Assembly: GCA_963665115.1 (NCBI GenBank)
Contig: OY762007.1
Coordinates: forward strand, 8,576,001 to 8,640,000
From: an uncultured Rivularia sp.
GTDB taxonomy: Bacteria > Cyanobacteriota > Cyanobacteriia > Cyanobacteriales > Nostocaceae
Direction: 5' to 3'
Length of the DNA: 64,000 bases
In this document: in pieces, positions 45,051 through 55,702 of the stretch
Layout of the letters: the number at the start of each line of letters is the position of its first letter
How positions within the stretch are numbered: the first letter of the stretch is position 1
Notes under the pieces: model-generated
What the model saw: the letters and a program-made list of their open reading frames with translations, nothing else
Told to the model about the DNA's origin: nothing
The model's database searches: none
Made by a program: the position numbers and the translations under genes

Positions 45051-46469
45051 TCATACCTTTCTAATTCTCATAAATGTTTCATGGAATAACAACGCTATCA
45101 AAAAGGCTGGCAAGGCTTCATTAATTAATTGATGATATCCGAAAAAACGCCATGCGATAGCGATAAATAATCCTATTAATATCGTACTAGTTAATGCCAA
45201 ATAATTAGTACGTATTTTCAAGATTGTAATAAACATTGCCGGACCAATTGAACCAGCTAAACCCGCAGTAGCAAAAATTATTAAGGAAAAAACATTAGTG
45301 GAAATTAAAGTGGTAGCACTAACAGCAAGAATACCAAACAATAAAGTCATAAATTGCTGGTATTTTACTCCATACTTTGCTGACATCTTATGATATAAAG
45401 CAGGAGAAACATCTCTTGCTAAAGCACTCGAACAAACCAGAATTTGAGAATCAGCTGTCGAAGCAATAATAGAAAATACTCCAGCTAAGACGATACCAAC
45501 TAAGAAAGGATGAAAATTCTGTACTGCATATAAAGGTAAAGCTTGTTCTGGATCGTCAATTTCAGGAATTAAGATTCGACAAATTATCCCGAATGAAAGC
45601 ATCGCTATAGAGGTAGAATACACGAAAGACAAGTAAATCCACTTGGCTTGTCTTGCTTCTTGAGGATTGCTTGCTGCCATTAATCTGACTAAAAATTGAG
45701 GCTGACTCAAACTAAACCCCATTCCAGCTACAGCAAACCCTACCACGTAAGCTATTATTCCCCACCAAGTAAATGTTGAAAATATATTAGTTAGTTGAGG
45801 ATCGATACGATTCAGTTTTGTCGCTATTTCTGGGATACTTCCAGCAGCTAAAATTGCTGTAGTCAACACTCCAAAAGCAACAAACATCCCTACAATTGCT
45901 TGTACAGCGTCAGTCCAAACTGATGCTCTCAAGCCCCCCTTTACACAGTAAACAAGAATTAATGCTGCGGCTATGATTGCTCCCAACTTTAAATCAATAC
46001 CAAAAAATGCATTGAGAATCTTGGCTGATGCATAAAATTGTGCCGCAGTATAAGTACCAACAAAAATAACAGAAATTAAAGCGACGATAGAAGTTATTAA
46101 TTTTTTACCTTGAGGGTTTTTGACAGCTGCACCAAGTAATTCGGGAACGGTTTGCGAATCTTGTTCTAAAGAAACCTTGTTTATCCGATCGGGGAAAAGG
46201 CTCCAAAAAGTTAAATCCCCCAAAAAATAGCCTAGAGTTATTAAAAGAGCCGATATTCCTGTAGAGTATCCAAACCCCACCATCCCTGTCATTATAGAAC
46301 CACTATTAGTAGTAGCTCCCGCACTTAACCCAATCAGGTATTTACCAAAGGAACGGTTTGCAAGTAGATAATCTGAATCTGTATCTTGAGTAGATTTAGC
46401 AGCAAGAGCGCCAACCCACAAGAAAATTATCAGAAAAAATCCAAAACTAACAACTGTAATCAGATTCAT
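45051..46469 (-). CDS. Sodium:solute symporter (PutP-like)
   Basis: DYLLANRS, GGLRASVWTDAVQ, QPQFLVRLM, ASTADSQ; about 13 TMs. Confidence 0.93.
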   Translation of the reverse strand: MNLITVVSFGFFLIIFLWVGALAAKSTQDTDSDYLLANRSFGKYLIGLSAGATTNSGSIMTGMVGFGYSTGISALLITLGYFLGDLTFWSLFPDRINKVSLEQDSQTVPELLGAAVKNPQGKKLITSIVALISVIFVGTYTAAQFYASAKILNAFFGIDLKLGAIIAAALILVYCVKGGLRASVWTDAVQAIVGMFVAFGVLTTAILAAGSIPEIATKLNRIDPQLTNIFSTFTWWGIIAYVVGFAVAGMGFSLSQPQFLVRLMAASNPQEARQAKWIYLSFVYSTSIAMLSFGIICRILIPEIDDPEQALPLYAVQNFHPFLVGIVLAGVFSIIASTADSQILVCSSALARDVSPALYHKMSAKYGVKYQQFMTLLFGILAVSATTLISTNVFSLIIFATAGLAGSIGPAMFITILKIRTNYLALTSTILIGLFIAIAWRFFGYHQLINEALPAFLIALLFHETFMRIRKV

Positions 46470-46472
46470 GCT

Positions 46473-47789
46473 TTAGCTTTTTATTACTTCAATAACCGTA
46501 TCAGATGGTAAATGTTGAATATGCCAGTCGGTAACTTCTTCACCAGGTATCAAAATAGGAGTACCAGGAGGAATTTTCTTGATACAACAACCACTTATTC
46601 TTCCTATTGATTTATTAAGAGGTAATTTTTCTTTTTGGCTAAAAAAAGCATCTTTCGGTAAAATTTTGATTTGAGGATGACGGCAAAAGTTACTGTTGGC
46701 TAAAGTTTCTTTTGGTGCTTTTTCTGCAAGAATCGGCACAACTTCTGCAATGGTTTCTCCGATAAACTGAAAATCCTCTCGTTTGTGATTAAAAGAGAAA
46801 ATTAATAATAATCCTTCTTCGTCAGCGAATTCCCCATCAATCCCTCGCTGGTACAATAGTTCTGCTAACTCTTCTCCTGTAGCACGATTGCTTTTTAAAT
46901 AGATTTTCAGAGGGTCGCTAACTTGGGTATCATAACTTAAAACTTCGCCGTAATTATCAATTTGAGAACGAAGGCGATCGCACTCTTGAATTGCTTGCCA
47001 AAATAAAGCTTTACCTGATTCTGAATATCCTTTATTAATCGCATCTTCAATACTCAGCATTAACAGATTACTGCGGGTTGTGGTTTCAAATAAACTCATC
47101 ACCCCCATAAGTTGTTCAAGGGTAAACCGAGATTCCGAAGGTAAATGTAATAAAGCAGTTTGAACCAAACTTCCCGTATACTTGTGCAAGCTATGAGTTA
47201 CGATATCGGCATTAAAAGTAATTGCGGACTGCCATTGTTCGTCAAGAAATGGAAAATGGCTTCCGTGAGCTTCATCTACTGCTAAAGCTATATCGCGCTG
47301 ACGACAATAATCAGCTATCTTACCAAAATCGATAGTTACCCCTTCATAACTCGGATGAGTTAGCAACAAAGCTGATACACCACTGGTTTCTAAAGCAGAA
47401 ATTACTTCCTCAGTATTAGGCATCAAAGATTTAGAAGCAATAAAACAAGGCTCTAATCCCGCTAAGATAATGCCGTTTATTACAGAAATATGACTATTAA
47501 GAGCGATCGCAACTCGTTTATATTGAGTTCCTAACAAAGCACAAGCCGTCAAAACAGCTTGAGTACCTCCCCCTGTCAGCCAAAAGGTATGTTTTGTACC
47601 GTATAACTGTGAAAAATGTTTTTCTATGCTTTGGGTGCGAGAGCGAGTTAGAAACGGTACATCATATTGATAGATATCTTCCAAATCATGATTGTCAGTA
47701 ACTCCTTGGTGGGCAGGAGTATAAAGACCAACTCTAACATCTTGATTATGGGAGGCGATAAGCTTATAAGCAGAAGATGGTTGATTCAT
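46473..47789 (-). CDS. Orn/Lys/Arg decarboxylase family PLP enzyme
   Basis: TPAHQG, THPSYEG, DEAHG, SLHK (PLP Lys), DPLK, PPGTPILIPGE. Confidence 0.9.
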   Translation of the reverse strand: MNQPSSAYKLIASHNQDVRVGLYTPAHQGVTDNHDLEDIYQYDVPFLTRSRTQSIEKHFSQLYGTKHTFWLTGGGTQAVLTACALLGTQYKRVAIALNSHISVINGIILAGLEPCFIASKSLMPNTEEVISALETSGVSALLLTHPSYEGVTIDFGKIADYCRQRDIALAVDEAHGSHFPFLDEQWQSAITFNADIVTHSLHKYTGSLVQTALLHLPSESRFTLEQLMGVMSLFETTTRSNLLMLSIEDAINKGYSESGKALFWQAIQECDRLRSQIDNYGEVLSYDTQVSDPLKIYLKSNRATGEELAELLYQRGIDGEFADEEGLLLIFSFNHKREDFQFIGETIAEVVPILAEKAPKETLANSNFCRHPQIKILPKDAFFSQKEKLPLNKSIGRISGCCIKKIPPGTPILIPGEEVTDWHIQHLPSDTVIEVIKS

Positions 47790-47792
47790 CGT

Positions 47793-49103
47793 TTACAGAA
47801 AAATTGGCTTCAGTTGAGGCATCGGACGAGTTGTACTTTCTGGGATAATACCATTACGCAAAGCTAGCAGTAATCCTGAAGCTTCCATATAGCTATTGAC
47901 ACGATAAATTTTTCTGCCTTGAGTCTCAATTTGCAATCTTTCGGGGGTAATATCGTAATTAGTAGTATTATCTTTAACCAAAATTACAGGAACACCTTGG
48001 TCTAAGGAAGCAAAGAAAGGAATATTACCTACTGTAGTTTCCGGCATCACCACCGCCGAAATATTCTCTACAGATATCCGAGTTTCTCCTGCTGCAATGG
48101 GAGTATCAAATCTCACCGGACGGGGAGAGTTTATTAAACCATTCAAAGGAGAACATACATAAGCACTAGAAATTAATTCTGCACCATCTCTGGGATCTAC
48201 TAATTTACCAAATCCTGTATGTTCCCATTCTAATAATAAAGGTGCATGGGCAGCAGTAAAGGGATAGAAATTAGTAGTCATGTGAGTCATAATTGCTTCT
48301 GCACCACCCCAAGGATTGGCAATAGACTCCCCTCGGTAGTAGGCTTGACGCACTTTATCCTCTACTTCTAAAGTAGTCATTAAAGCTACTGAAGATGCAG
48401 TTGATTTCTCTACTACATCTAAAGCCTTCATCAATTCATCTATTCCGCTCAATTCCCCAGAAGCATTTCCATAGGGAGAATAGGTGCATTTAGTTTCAAC
48501 GGCTCCACCTGTTACGATTACAGGATCGATATTAATTCCTCCCACAGCCCTTAATCCATTAAGAGCATTGAGAACATTGTTTAAAAATCTCTCGTCTTTG
48601 GGCTTTTCAATAATTGCTGCGATATTCTTTCGCTTTTCTGGAATCACCCCAACATTACCCAGTAGTAACTGACAGATTAAATTACCTTCTAGATAAAGAA
48701 CATTATCCTGAGCAAAATAAATATCCGATGCTGTTACTGCATTAGGATTGGTAACAAGATAGTCACAAGCGGAAGCCAAAAGATTTGTACTCGGAGTGGC
48801 ATCTCCAGCGAAACCGCCGATTTCTGCTCTGACTCCGGTAGGAATAATACTGACTGCAACAAAAGGTTTTGTAGAATTACGATTACGAATGTTGATATCT
48901 AATAAAGATGACCAAACTGGTGGTTTATCGGTGTCAATAAAACTGCATTCAAAGGTCAGTGTATCTCCTTGAGCAGCAGTTAAAATCAACCGAATGGGAA
49001 CTCCTGGAAGCGGTAAAGAGGCAATTCGGCGAGAAATTTTGTACCAGCTACGCTCCTGGGGTGGACATTCGATTTCAAAGTCTTTGGTGTAAATTTGTGA
49101 CAT
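47793..49103 (-). CDS. DUF3326 family protein
   Basis: IPTGVRAEIGGFAGDA, NPNAV, YLEG, GGAEAI, AHAP, SYMEASG. Confidence 0.85.
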   Translation of the reverse strand: MSQIYTKDFEIECPPQERSWYKISRRIASLPLPGVPIRLILTAAQGDTLTFECSFIDTDKPPVWSSLLDINIRNRNSTKPFVAVSIIPTGVRAEIGGFAGDATPSTNLLASACDYLVTNPNAVTASDIYFAQDNVLYLEGNLICQLLLGNVGVIPEKRKNIAAIIEKPKDERFLNNVLNALNGLRAVGGINIDPVIVTGGAVETKCTYSPYGNASGELSGIDELMKALDVVEKSTASSVALMTTLEVEDKVRQAYYRGESIANPWGGAEAIMTHMTTNFYPFTAAHAPLLLEWEHTGFGKLVDPRDGAELISSAYVCSPLNGLINSPRPVRFDTPIAAGETRISVENISAVVMPETTVGNIPFFASLDQGVPVILVKDNTTNYDITPERLQIETQGRKIYRVNSYMEASGLLLALRNGIIPESTTRPMPQLKPIFL

Positions 49104-49177
49104 TAATAGCCTTTGAATTAAAAATTATTAGATTGGTCTTAGTCTATATGATAGGAACGAAAGACCCTACTATGGCA

Positions 49178-50290
49178 TTAGCTATTGTTTATTGCTACGC
49201 CAGTTTCCCGAAGCACCCTATTCAAGCCATAACGGTCTTCACCTCTAAGCAGAACACCCCTCCAATCATCTAAATTAATATCAGCATCATATATTTGTAA
49301 TTTATAGCCTTCATCGCGCATTTTTTCGGTATAAGCACGGGTATCAGGTCTAATTATACGACCAACTACAGCCCATCTTTCATCTTCTGTTACGTTATCT
49401 GTGGAACCATGAATTGCTCTTTCGCAGAAAATTATGCATTCTCCAGCTTTTGCTTCAAGCAAATTCACATTTTTTTGATCAATTTGACAGTCAAGCTCTA
49501 ATTCGTATTGGTTATAAATAATATCTTTGCCATTCGATTTACTATGTTTAACCGGATTAATTTTCTGTCGAGAATTTGAGACTACCTTCAGGCAAGATTT
49601 TTCTTTTGGTGTGTCTTGAAGCGCTATCCAACAAGTTAACTGAAAAAGCTCTTCTACATTGGGAGGTTGTAATATTGACTCTCTCAAATTACTAAACCAA
49701 GTAGTACTTTGATGATAAGGTGAGCCATTGCTAAAAGCAGGAATATGAAAAAAAGCAGAACGCCATAGAAGTAAATCGGCTCCTAATAGTTGAGCGCAAC
49801 GCTCTGTAATAGATGGATGTTTAAATAAATCCATTAAAACGGGATCTTCCAAATGACGGTCTCTCGTATTCAACGTAGCAACATCAGTTTTATCATTTAT
49901 TGTGAAAGAAAGTGTCTTTGAATCTGTATTAGTAACCAAGTTAACTAAATGCTCTCTTACACTTTCCATCTCTTCTGGAGATATTACAGTGAATGGACCG
50001 ATATAACCATTTTCATGAAAAGAGCGAATGTCATTTTCTGTTAATTGATACTCTCCATCAACAACAACTTTTGGTTTATAAGAAACTGGTTCTCGTAACT
50101 TGCACTCATACTCGAAATATACCCTTTGTCCGCCAGACTTAAAAGCTACCCAAAACATCTTATTATTCCAACCCGTTGGTAATTCTGCTTGCAAACTTTT
50201 TGCTAACAAAGGATGAAGAAACTTAAGTTGTACCAGTATGTAACAAAAGATTAGCTTGGGACGGTATAAGAAGTGTGGTTGATAAAACAT
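49178..50290 (-). CDS. Fe(II)/2OG PhyH-fold enzyme, putative halogenase (HQS)
   Basis: FHENGYIGPF, DRHL, YHQSTTW (no Asp/Glu ligand), LTCWIAL, IHGS, ERWAVVGR. Confidence 0.8.
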   Translation of the reverse strand: MFYQPHFLYRPKLIFCYILVQLKFLHPLLAKSLQAELPTGWNNKMFWVAFKSGGQRVYFEYECKLREPVSYKPKVVVDGEYQLTENDIRSFHENGYIGPFTVISPEEMESVREHLVNLVTNTDSKTLSFTINDKTDVATLNTRDRHLEDPVLMDLFKHPSITERCAQLLGADLLLWRSAFFHIPAFSNGSPYHQSTTWFSNLRESILQPPNVEELFQLTCWIALQDTPKEKSCLKVVSNSRQKINPVKHSKSNGKDIIYNQYELELDCQIDQKNVNLLEAKAGECIIFCERAIHGSTDNVTEDERWAVVGRIIRPDTRAYTEKMRDEGYKLQIYDADINLDDWRGVLLRGEDRYGLNRVLRETGVAINNS

Positions 50291-50319
50291 TTTTCTGGTT
50301 TTTCGATCGTATTTGTTAT

Positions 50320-50413
50320 CAGAACTTACGCACTCGCTACAATTAAAAAGGCGTTTGGGATTGCTTCCTTACGTCGCAATGACTATAGTTATATTACCTG
50401 TGCGTAAGTCCTA
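50320..50413. mobile_element. MITE-like element with (C/T)AG(A/G)ACTTACGCA ends
   Basis: CAGAACTTACGCA ... TGCGTAAGTCCTA; same family as 10475-10642. Confidence 0.65.
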
Positions 50414-50458
50414 CTTATAATGGGTTTTGTCGCGATACACTCAATTATGAAATAGCCT

Positions 50459-51737
50459 TTAGTAAGGTAAATTCTCAAAACTAAGTAGCTCGCGGTTGGG
50501 AGCAATATTAATTAACTGCGTAAACCTTTCTGGAACAGAAAAATACTGTCCTTTTTCACCTTTGGGTAAGAATTTCCTCACAAACGCTTTTGCTCGTTTA
50601 AGATACTCCTCATCATTTTCGGTTGATTCAATCTCTGACTCAATGGTGGTAACTAAGTGATACATGGAAGCAACGCAAGATTCTAAATCTAGTTGAAGCG
50701 AACCATCTGAAGAAGTTTTAATCGCACCATCATCTAAAAGCCATTGAAATAACAATAAACCCGAACCCCCATCAAAGTTTTTCGTGATATCTGGCTGAAA
50801 CGTGTACCGCAGCATCCGCTCGAAAAGAACGAATTCAATCATCTCCAGAGCAAAGGGAACGCCTTCTGTATGGTAAGATGCATAAGCAGTAAGGCAATCA
50901 CACTTGAGTTCTTCGAGCAAACCGCTGTACCATTTTAACTTTAGGTGAAGATTTTTATCCAAAGGTCGGGGACCTTGAAAGTGAAAATATTCATGTAAAT
51001 ATCCCCACATTCCAGCAGCATCATAACAATCAGTGGCAGATAACTTAGGTGAAGCCCAGTCTTTTTCTCCGAATACCTGTCGCACTCGTGGCATTGTTTC
51101 AGACAAGTAAATGCGCTGAAACTTATTTAAGAAAAAGATGGCAAAGTCTTGAGCAATAACTTTCTCATCTGTAGCAATGTTTTCGGGGAAGAAAACCAGG
51201 CAATTCCCTGTCATGAAACCTGCCGAAACTGATAAAATACGAGCTGATTGCAGGGACTTTTTGGGATGGGGAAATTTATCCGCAATTTGTTGAAAGATTT
51301 CTGGTTCCACCCGTTGGGCTAAAAAGCATTCCATCAAACGACCTACAGGTGCAGGACCATTTGTCACCAGCACCGGGGCCGATAAAAAATGTCTGCTGAT
51401 TTTCAGCGACTGGTTTGTAAGCAGTTTGGGATTGGTCAAAACTGGGAGGATTTTCTAAACCGCGAGCCAGCCATTTTTCAACATCTGCTTCAAAAGCTTG
51501 CTGGAGTTCGTCGAAACCAAGTTCTGAATAGATGCTACGAACAATTGGTCGCATCTCTTCAAGTAGGGACTTTGCCTTCTCTATATCCTTGATAACGCAA
51601 CCAGTGACATCTTGAAGTTGACGGAATTCGTCAACCTTAGTAACTAAGTTTTTGTCAATAAAATCAATAAAATTAGATGAAACTTCTTCAGAGTAGTGCT
51701 GTGCTAATAACATATATTCAAATTCCTGTAAATCCAA
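50459..51737 (-). CDS. DUF6421-like metalloprotein with HExxH and EExxxD motifs (apparent +1 frameshift at 51375-51378)
   Basis: VFFPEN, YLHEYFHFQG, GLLEELKCD, FERMLRY, NFDG; removing one base gives FFIGPVLVTNG. Family name from recall, not a search. Confidence 0.65.
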
Positions 51738-51742
51738 ATTCT

Positions 51743-52954
51743 TTATAAACTTTTACAAGCAACTTCTTCTTCAAGCAACCGATTGTAACCAAAATTATCT
51801 TCTCCACGTATCAAAACAGCTTTCCACTTATCTAAGCTAAGTGTTTTAACACCAAAAGTTTTAATATCATGCTTTTCTTCAAGCATCTTTTTAGTATAAA
51901 TGCGAGTATCAGTCCTGCTTATGCGACCATTTACCGCCCATCTCCAACCATCAGTTATATTATCTAATGAACCATGAATCGCTCGCTCAGTAAAAATAAA
52001 GAATTGCCCAGCTTTCATTTCAATTACTTTTTCATCTTTGGGATTAATTTGGCAATCAATATCTGCTTGATAACCACCGTATATTCTTTCTTCAATATCA
52101 GATTTGCTTTTATCTTCAATCTTAAGTTTCAGCGGGTAAATTTCCTTATGAGAGCCAGCAACTAATTTCATACAGCCATTTTCTTTAGTGGCATCAGTAA
52201 GAGCAATCCAGCAGGTAAGTTCAAATAACTCTTCACAGTCTGGAGGTTGCACAACAGATTGTTGCAAATTATCAAATAACCAAGTGCTAGCTTGATGCCA
52301 TTTGGTTCCAGCACTGAAGGGAGACTTTTGAAAAAACTGACTGCGCCATAAAATCAAATTCTGTCCTAATAATTGAGCGCAACGCTCGGTAACAGAGGGA
52401 TGCTTGAACAAATTTAATAATACATTATCCTCTAAATGCCTGTCTTTAGTATTAAGTCGTTCATAAACAAATTCTTCATTCTCATTCTTTAATTGTTTGT
52501 GATTATTTGAAGGCAAATTTTGATTATCTTGATTACCATTATCTTGGAACACAAAATCATTGCCGGAATAAGAATAAATTTTAGACTCAGTTTTAGTTGC
52601 TAATTTGACTAAATGCTCTTTAATTTGCTCTGCTTCATCTGAAGGCATTAAATCGAATGGACCAATATAACCATTTTCATAAAAGAATTCAATATCTTTT
52701 TCTGTTAATTGATATTCTAAATCAACAATTGCCTTTGGCTTATAATCAATAGATTCTTTGAACTTTACGTAATAGTCAAAATATAATTTATCACCGCCCG
52801 ATTTAAATGCAACCCAAAACATTTGATTGTTCCAACCCGTAGGCAATGATTTTTTGATTCTATTGGGTAATAAAGCCTGAAAAATTTTAAACTTAACAAA
52901 AAAGTAATAAAAAGCAATTTTTAGACGAAATGCAAGCTTTGAAATATTTAACAT
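51743..52954 (-). CDS. Fe(II)/2OG SyrB2/CmaB-type halogenase (HQA)
   Basis: ENGYIGPF, DRHL, WRSQFFQK...GTKWHQA (cf. SyrB2 FFPK...GTDWHQA), WIALTDATKENGCM, IHGS; start set at MLNISK. Confidence 0.85.
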   Translation of the reverse strand: MLNISKLAFRLKIAFYYFFVKFKIFQALLPNRIKKSLPTGWNNQMFWVAFKSGGDKLYFDYYVKFKESIDYKPKAIVDLEYQLTEKDIEFFYENGYIGPFDLMPSDEAEQIKEHLVKLATKTESKIYSYSGNDFVFQDNGNQDNQNLPSNNHKQLKNENEEFVYERLNTKDRHLEDNVLLNLFKHPSVTERCAQLLGQNLILWRSQFFQKSPFSAGTKWHQASTWLFDNLQQSVVQPPDCEELFELTCWIALTDATKENGCMKLVAGSHKEIYPLKLKIEDKSKSDIEERIYGGYQADIDCQINPKDEKVIEMKAGQFFIFTERAIHGSLDNITDGWRWAVNGRISRTDTRIYTKKMLEEKHDIKTFGVKTLSLDKWKAVLIRGEDNFGYNRLLEEEVACKSL

Positions 52955-53043
52955 AGTAAACCTATTTTTTCTATATTTTGCAATTAGAGTTAAAGAATGA
53001 TTGTGAGAATTAAAGAATTCGATTTCTAAATGAATAAAAATAA

Positions 53044-53790
53044 TTACACCGCAAATTGGCAAAGATTTTCATACACTTTTAATGCTCTATCTACAATATC
53101 TACATCTTCAGAGCGAATTTCTTCTTTTACTTCGGTGGGTGGCAATATTCCACTACTATTATTTAAAGTTTTACGCCACTTTGCATAAGATTCTGGGTTG
53201 CGAAACTGCCCTTGCGTCAATCTAGCATCTTCCCAACTAAGCATTTGAGGGTAAAAATCTACTCCTATTTGCTGACAATAGTGGTGCAAAACCTTTTCCG
53301 GATTGCGACGAAATGAATTTCCTTCAACAACGATTGGTTTTTGGTTTAATTCTTCAGTTACTATCTTCCACATTTGCAACAGTCCCCTAAAGCCAAATTC
53401 TTCTTCTGTAGGATACTCATTCAACCTATACCAAGAAGCCATCACCTCTTGAGGATGTCGCACAATGAAAGTGTTGGTAATAGAAGCTAGAAAATCTTTG
53501 AAATCTTTATCGATGTAGGGTAGAGGATAAAAAGCCATATCTTTAACAAAAGTTAAAGGAGCTACTTTTGAGGCGATCGCCTCAATTGCTGAATTGCTAT
53601 CAAAATCTTGCATTTCCTCATAATCTCCACAGCGATTAGAGCGTCGCGATTTACTATAGTAATAAACATTACCGAATGGCTCATGTACAATTTCTGTATC
53701 ATGACGTTGAGAAAACGTTTTCTCAAAAGCGTTTGATACGCATCTAGGTGCAGCCCATAAAGCTACTATTTTAGACGCTTTAATTTTCAT
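53044..53790 (-). CDS. Sulfotransferase-like P-loop protein
   Basis: ALWAAPRCVSNAFE, HEPF, FVKDMA, FIVRHP, MLSW; sits next to cysC. Confidence 0.8.
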   Translation of the reverse strand: MKIKASKIVALWAAPRCVSNAFEKTFSQRHDTEIVHEPFGNVYYYSKSRRSNRCGDYEEMQDFDSNSAIEAIASKVAPLTFVKDMAFYPLPYIDKDFKDFLASITNTFIVRHPQEVMASWYRLNEYPTEEEFGFRGLLQMWKIVTEELNQKPIVVEGNSFRRNPEKVLHHYCQQIGVDFYPQMLSWEDARLTQGQFRNPESYAKWRKTLNNSSGILPPTEVKEEIRSEDVDIVDRALKVYENLCQFAV

Positions 53791-53884
53791 ATTTAAATAG
53801 AATATTAAACAAAGATAATAAGGTTTGCATCTAGTTCAGCCAAAAAGCGAAAATTAACTTCAAAAATTTAAAAATCGAATTAAT

Positions 53885-54274
53885 TTAAACTACTCCCACC
53901 TTCAATTTCTGACTAAAATAACCTAACTCTTCAAGCTTATTCAAAACTTTCATCACGCTTTCTTCCACCGTTTCCAAATCAGTCCGACATTCAACAGTAG
54001 GATTAACAGGAGCTTCATAAGGGTCATCAATTCCAGTAAAATTTGTAATTTCTCCCCTACGCGCTCGCTTATATAAACCTTTAACATCTCGCTCCTCACA
54101 CACTTTTAAAGGAGCATTAACATAAACCTCTACAAAATCGCCAATTTTCTGCTTCACCTCCAATCTGGTTTCACTATATGGAGATATTGCGGATACCAAA
54201 ACAATTACACCGTTACGAGTTAAAAGATGGGAAACAAAGCCAATTCGACGTATATTCTCATCTATAAAAGACAT
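53885..54274 (-). pseudogene. cysC: Adenylylsulfate kinase, 5'-truncated (no P-loop)
   Basis: [34 protein letters not shown] present; the GLSGxGKST region is absent upstream in the frames examined. Confidence 0.88.
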
Positions 54275-54290
54275 CGTTGAACTTAACAAC

Positions 54291-54588
54291 TGTTCGAGTT
54301 TGGGTAGAAGTCATCTCATGAATCCCAATCTTATTAGTGATACTTTCCTCAAGTCATATATTTTTTATCAATTGACTACAGAAGTATTTAGGTATTCATA
54401 ACTCGTTCGTTTAATAATACTTTTGATTTACCCCCTCAATTCATTATTAAATATATATTCTAAAATAAGACAATTTGTCAATTCATTGTTCTTAATATTT
54501 TGGCACATAAATCTAAATTAAAAATACAAATATTTTTCCAGTGTTTTGATTGAATAAAATTACAAGAATAAACTTACTTTTCTTACTT
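54291..54588 (-). promoter_or_regulatory. Duplicated ~300-bp leader, copy A (left arm of cluster)
   Basis: Reverse complement is collinear with 55703-56003, e.g. TTGTAATTTTATTCAATCAAAACAC, GATTTATGTGCCAAAATATTAAGAACAATGAATTGACAAAT, GATGACTTCTACCCAAACT. Confidence 0.8.
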
Positions 54589-55215
54589 TTCTTATTTAGT
54601 TAATAACTATCTCAAAATACGTTTCTGACTTGAGGGCTATTGATGAATATGATATTTATGTAGCTTTAATATTGCTAAAGTTTAGTTCTTAGTAAGGTCG
54701 ATTTAAATTTTATATTGTTTATTTACAAGACTTTGTGCTATTGCATTTCGTGCTGATATTGCTTAAATGTAAAAATACTCACTTATAATATTTTGCATTA
54801 TAAAATCATTATTATTTAGAGAAAATAAAGGTTCTTCAGCACTTGGTATGCTAATTAAATAGTCGTAAAAAGGCAGAGGGCAGAAGGGAAAAAATAACTG
54901 TATAACGTTAATAATGCGAATAAATACTTTAAAGTCCTTGCATAACAAGTATTTCAGGATTACTAACTAAATATTTAGCATACTATGTAATGAAGAGCCA
55001 AAATAAATTATAAATAGACTTTAACCCAGGGGAGAGAAATATATTTTTAAGTTCCCCAAAATAAGGGGGATTTAAGGGATTACCGCCATTTGTATATTAA
55101 TCCAGTACCTAATAAACCTAAAAATATTAATAAACCAAAACTATTGGATGACTCCGGTACTGATTTCAGCTGATGAGAAGCAGAGTCTAACCAACTGTAT
55201 CTGACAACGGTGCGT

Positions 55216-55380
55216 ATGAATGAAATCTCAACTCGCGCTGTAAATGCTGGCGTACCAGATTCATTTATTTTACCAGCAGACCCTGCTTTAGGACTGTATG
55301 ATTCTCAAGGACGCTGGACAAATGGTCCGACAGCTGTTCAAGCCTATCACTTGCTTGAGAAGATGGAATATAGAAAGTAA
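55216..55380 (+). pseudogene. 54-aa ORF, probably the 3' remnant of an unknown gene
   Basis: MNEISTRAVNAGVPDSFILPADPALGLYDSQGRWTNGPTAVQAYHLLEKMEYRK*; GC-richer than its flanks, with in-frame stops upstream. Confidence 0.35.
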
Positions 55381-55446
55381 GAAAAATATGAAAAATATGA
55401 AAAATATGAAAAGTGAAAAGGTAATTACTCTAAATTTAAATTAATT

Positions 55447-55547
55447 GGCGTTGCTGATTATAAGTATGAATAGTCCCCCAAAATTGGGGGATTTAGGGGG
55501 CTAATAAATACAAGAAAAACGAATTCATATTTCAATTCAGCAACGCC
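55447..55547. mobile_element. MITE, sister of 7897-8038
   Basis: GGCGTTGCTGA...TCAGCAACGCC with 8-bp duplication AATTAATT (55439-55446, 55548-55555). Confidence 0.85.
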
Positions 55548-55702
55548 AATTAATTCGTTGATTCGGCAATATCGAAATATATATCATTGATATTATCAAA
55601 TCCTTATCATTCAGGAAAAATCTTCTTCCAATCCTTTTGGTTGGTCATGGATAACTCAATGACTCCCTACCCCGAAATTTTGAGGGGATACAGTTTTTAT
55701 CT

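Noticed and set aside
52955..53062. Longer halogenase start overlapping the sulfotransferase-like gene
   Set aside because: AT-rich intergenic-like sequence; the ATG at 52954 better matches the paralog's N-terminus
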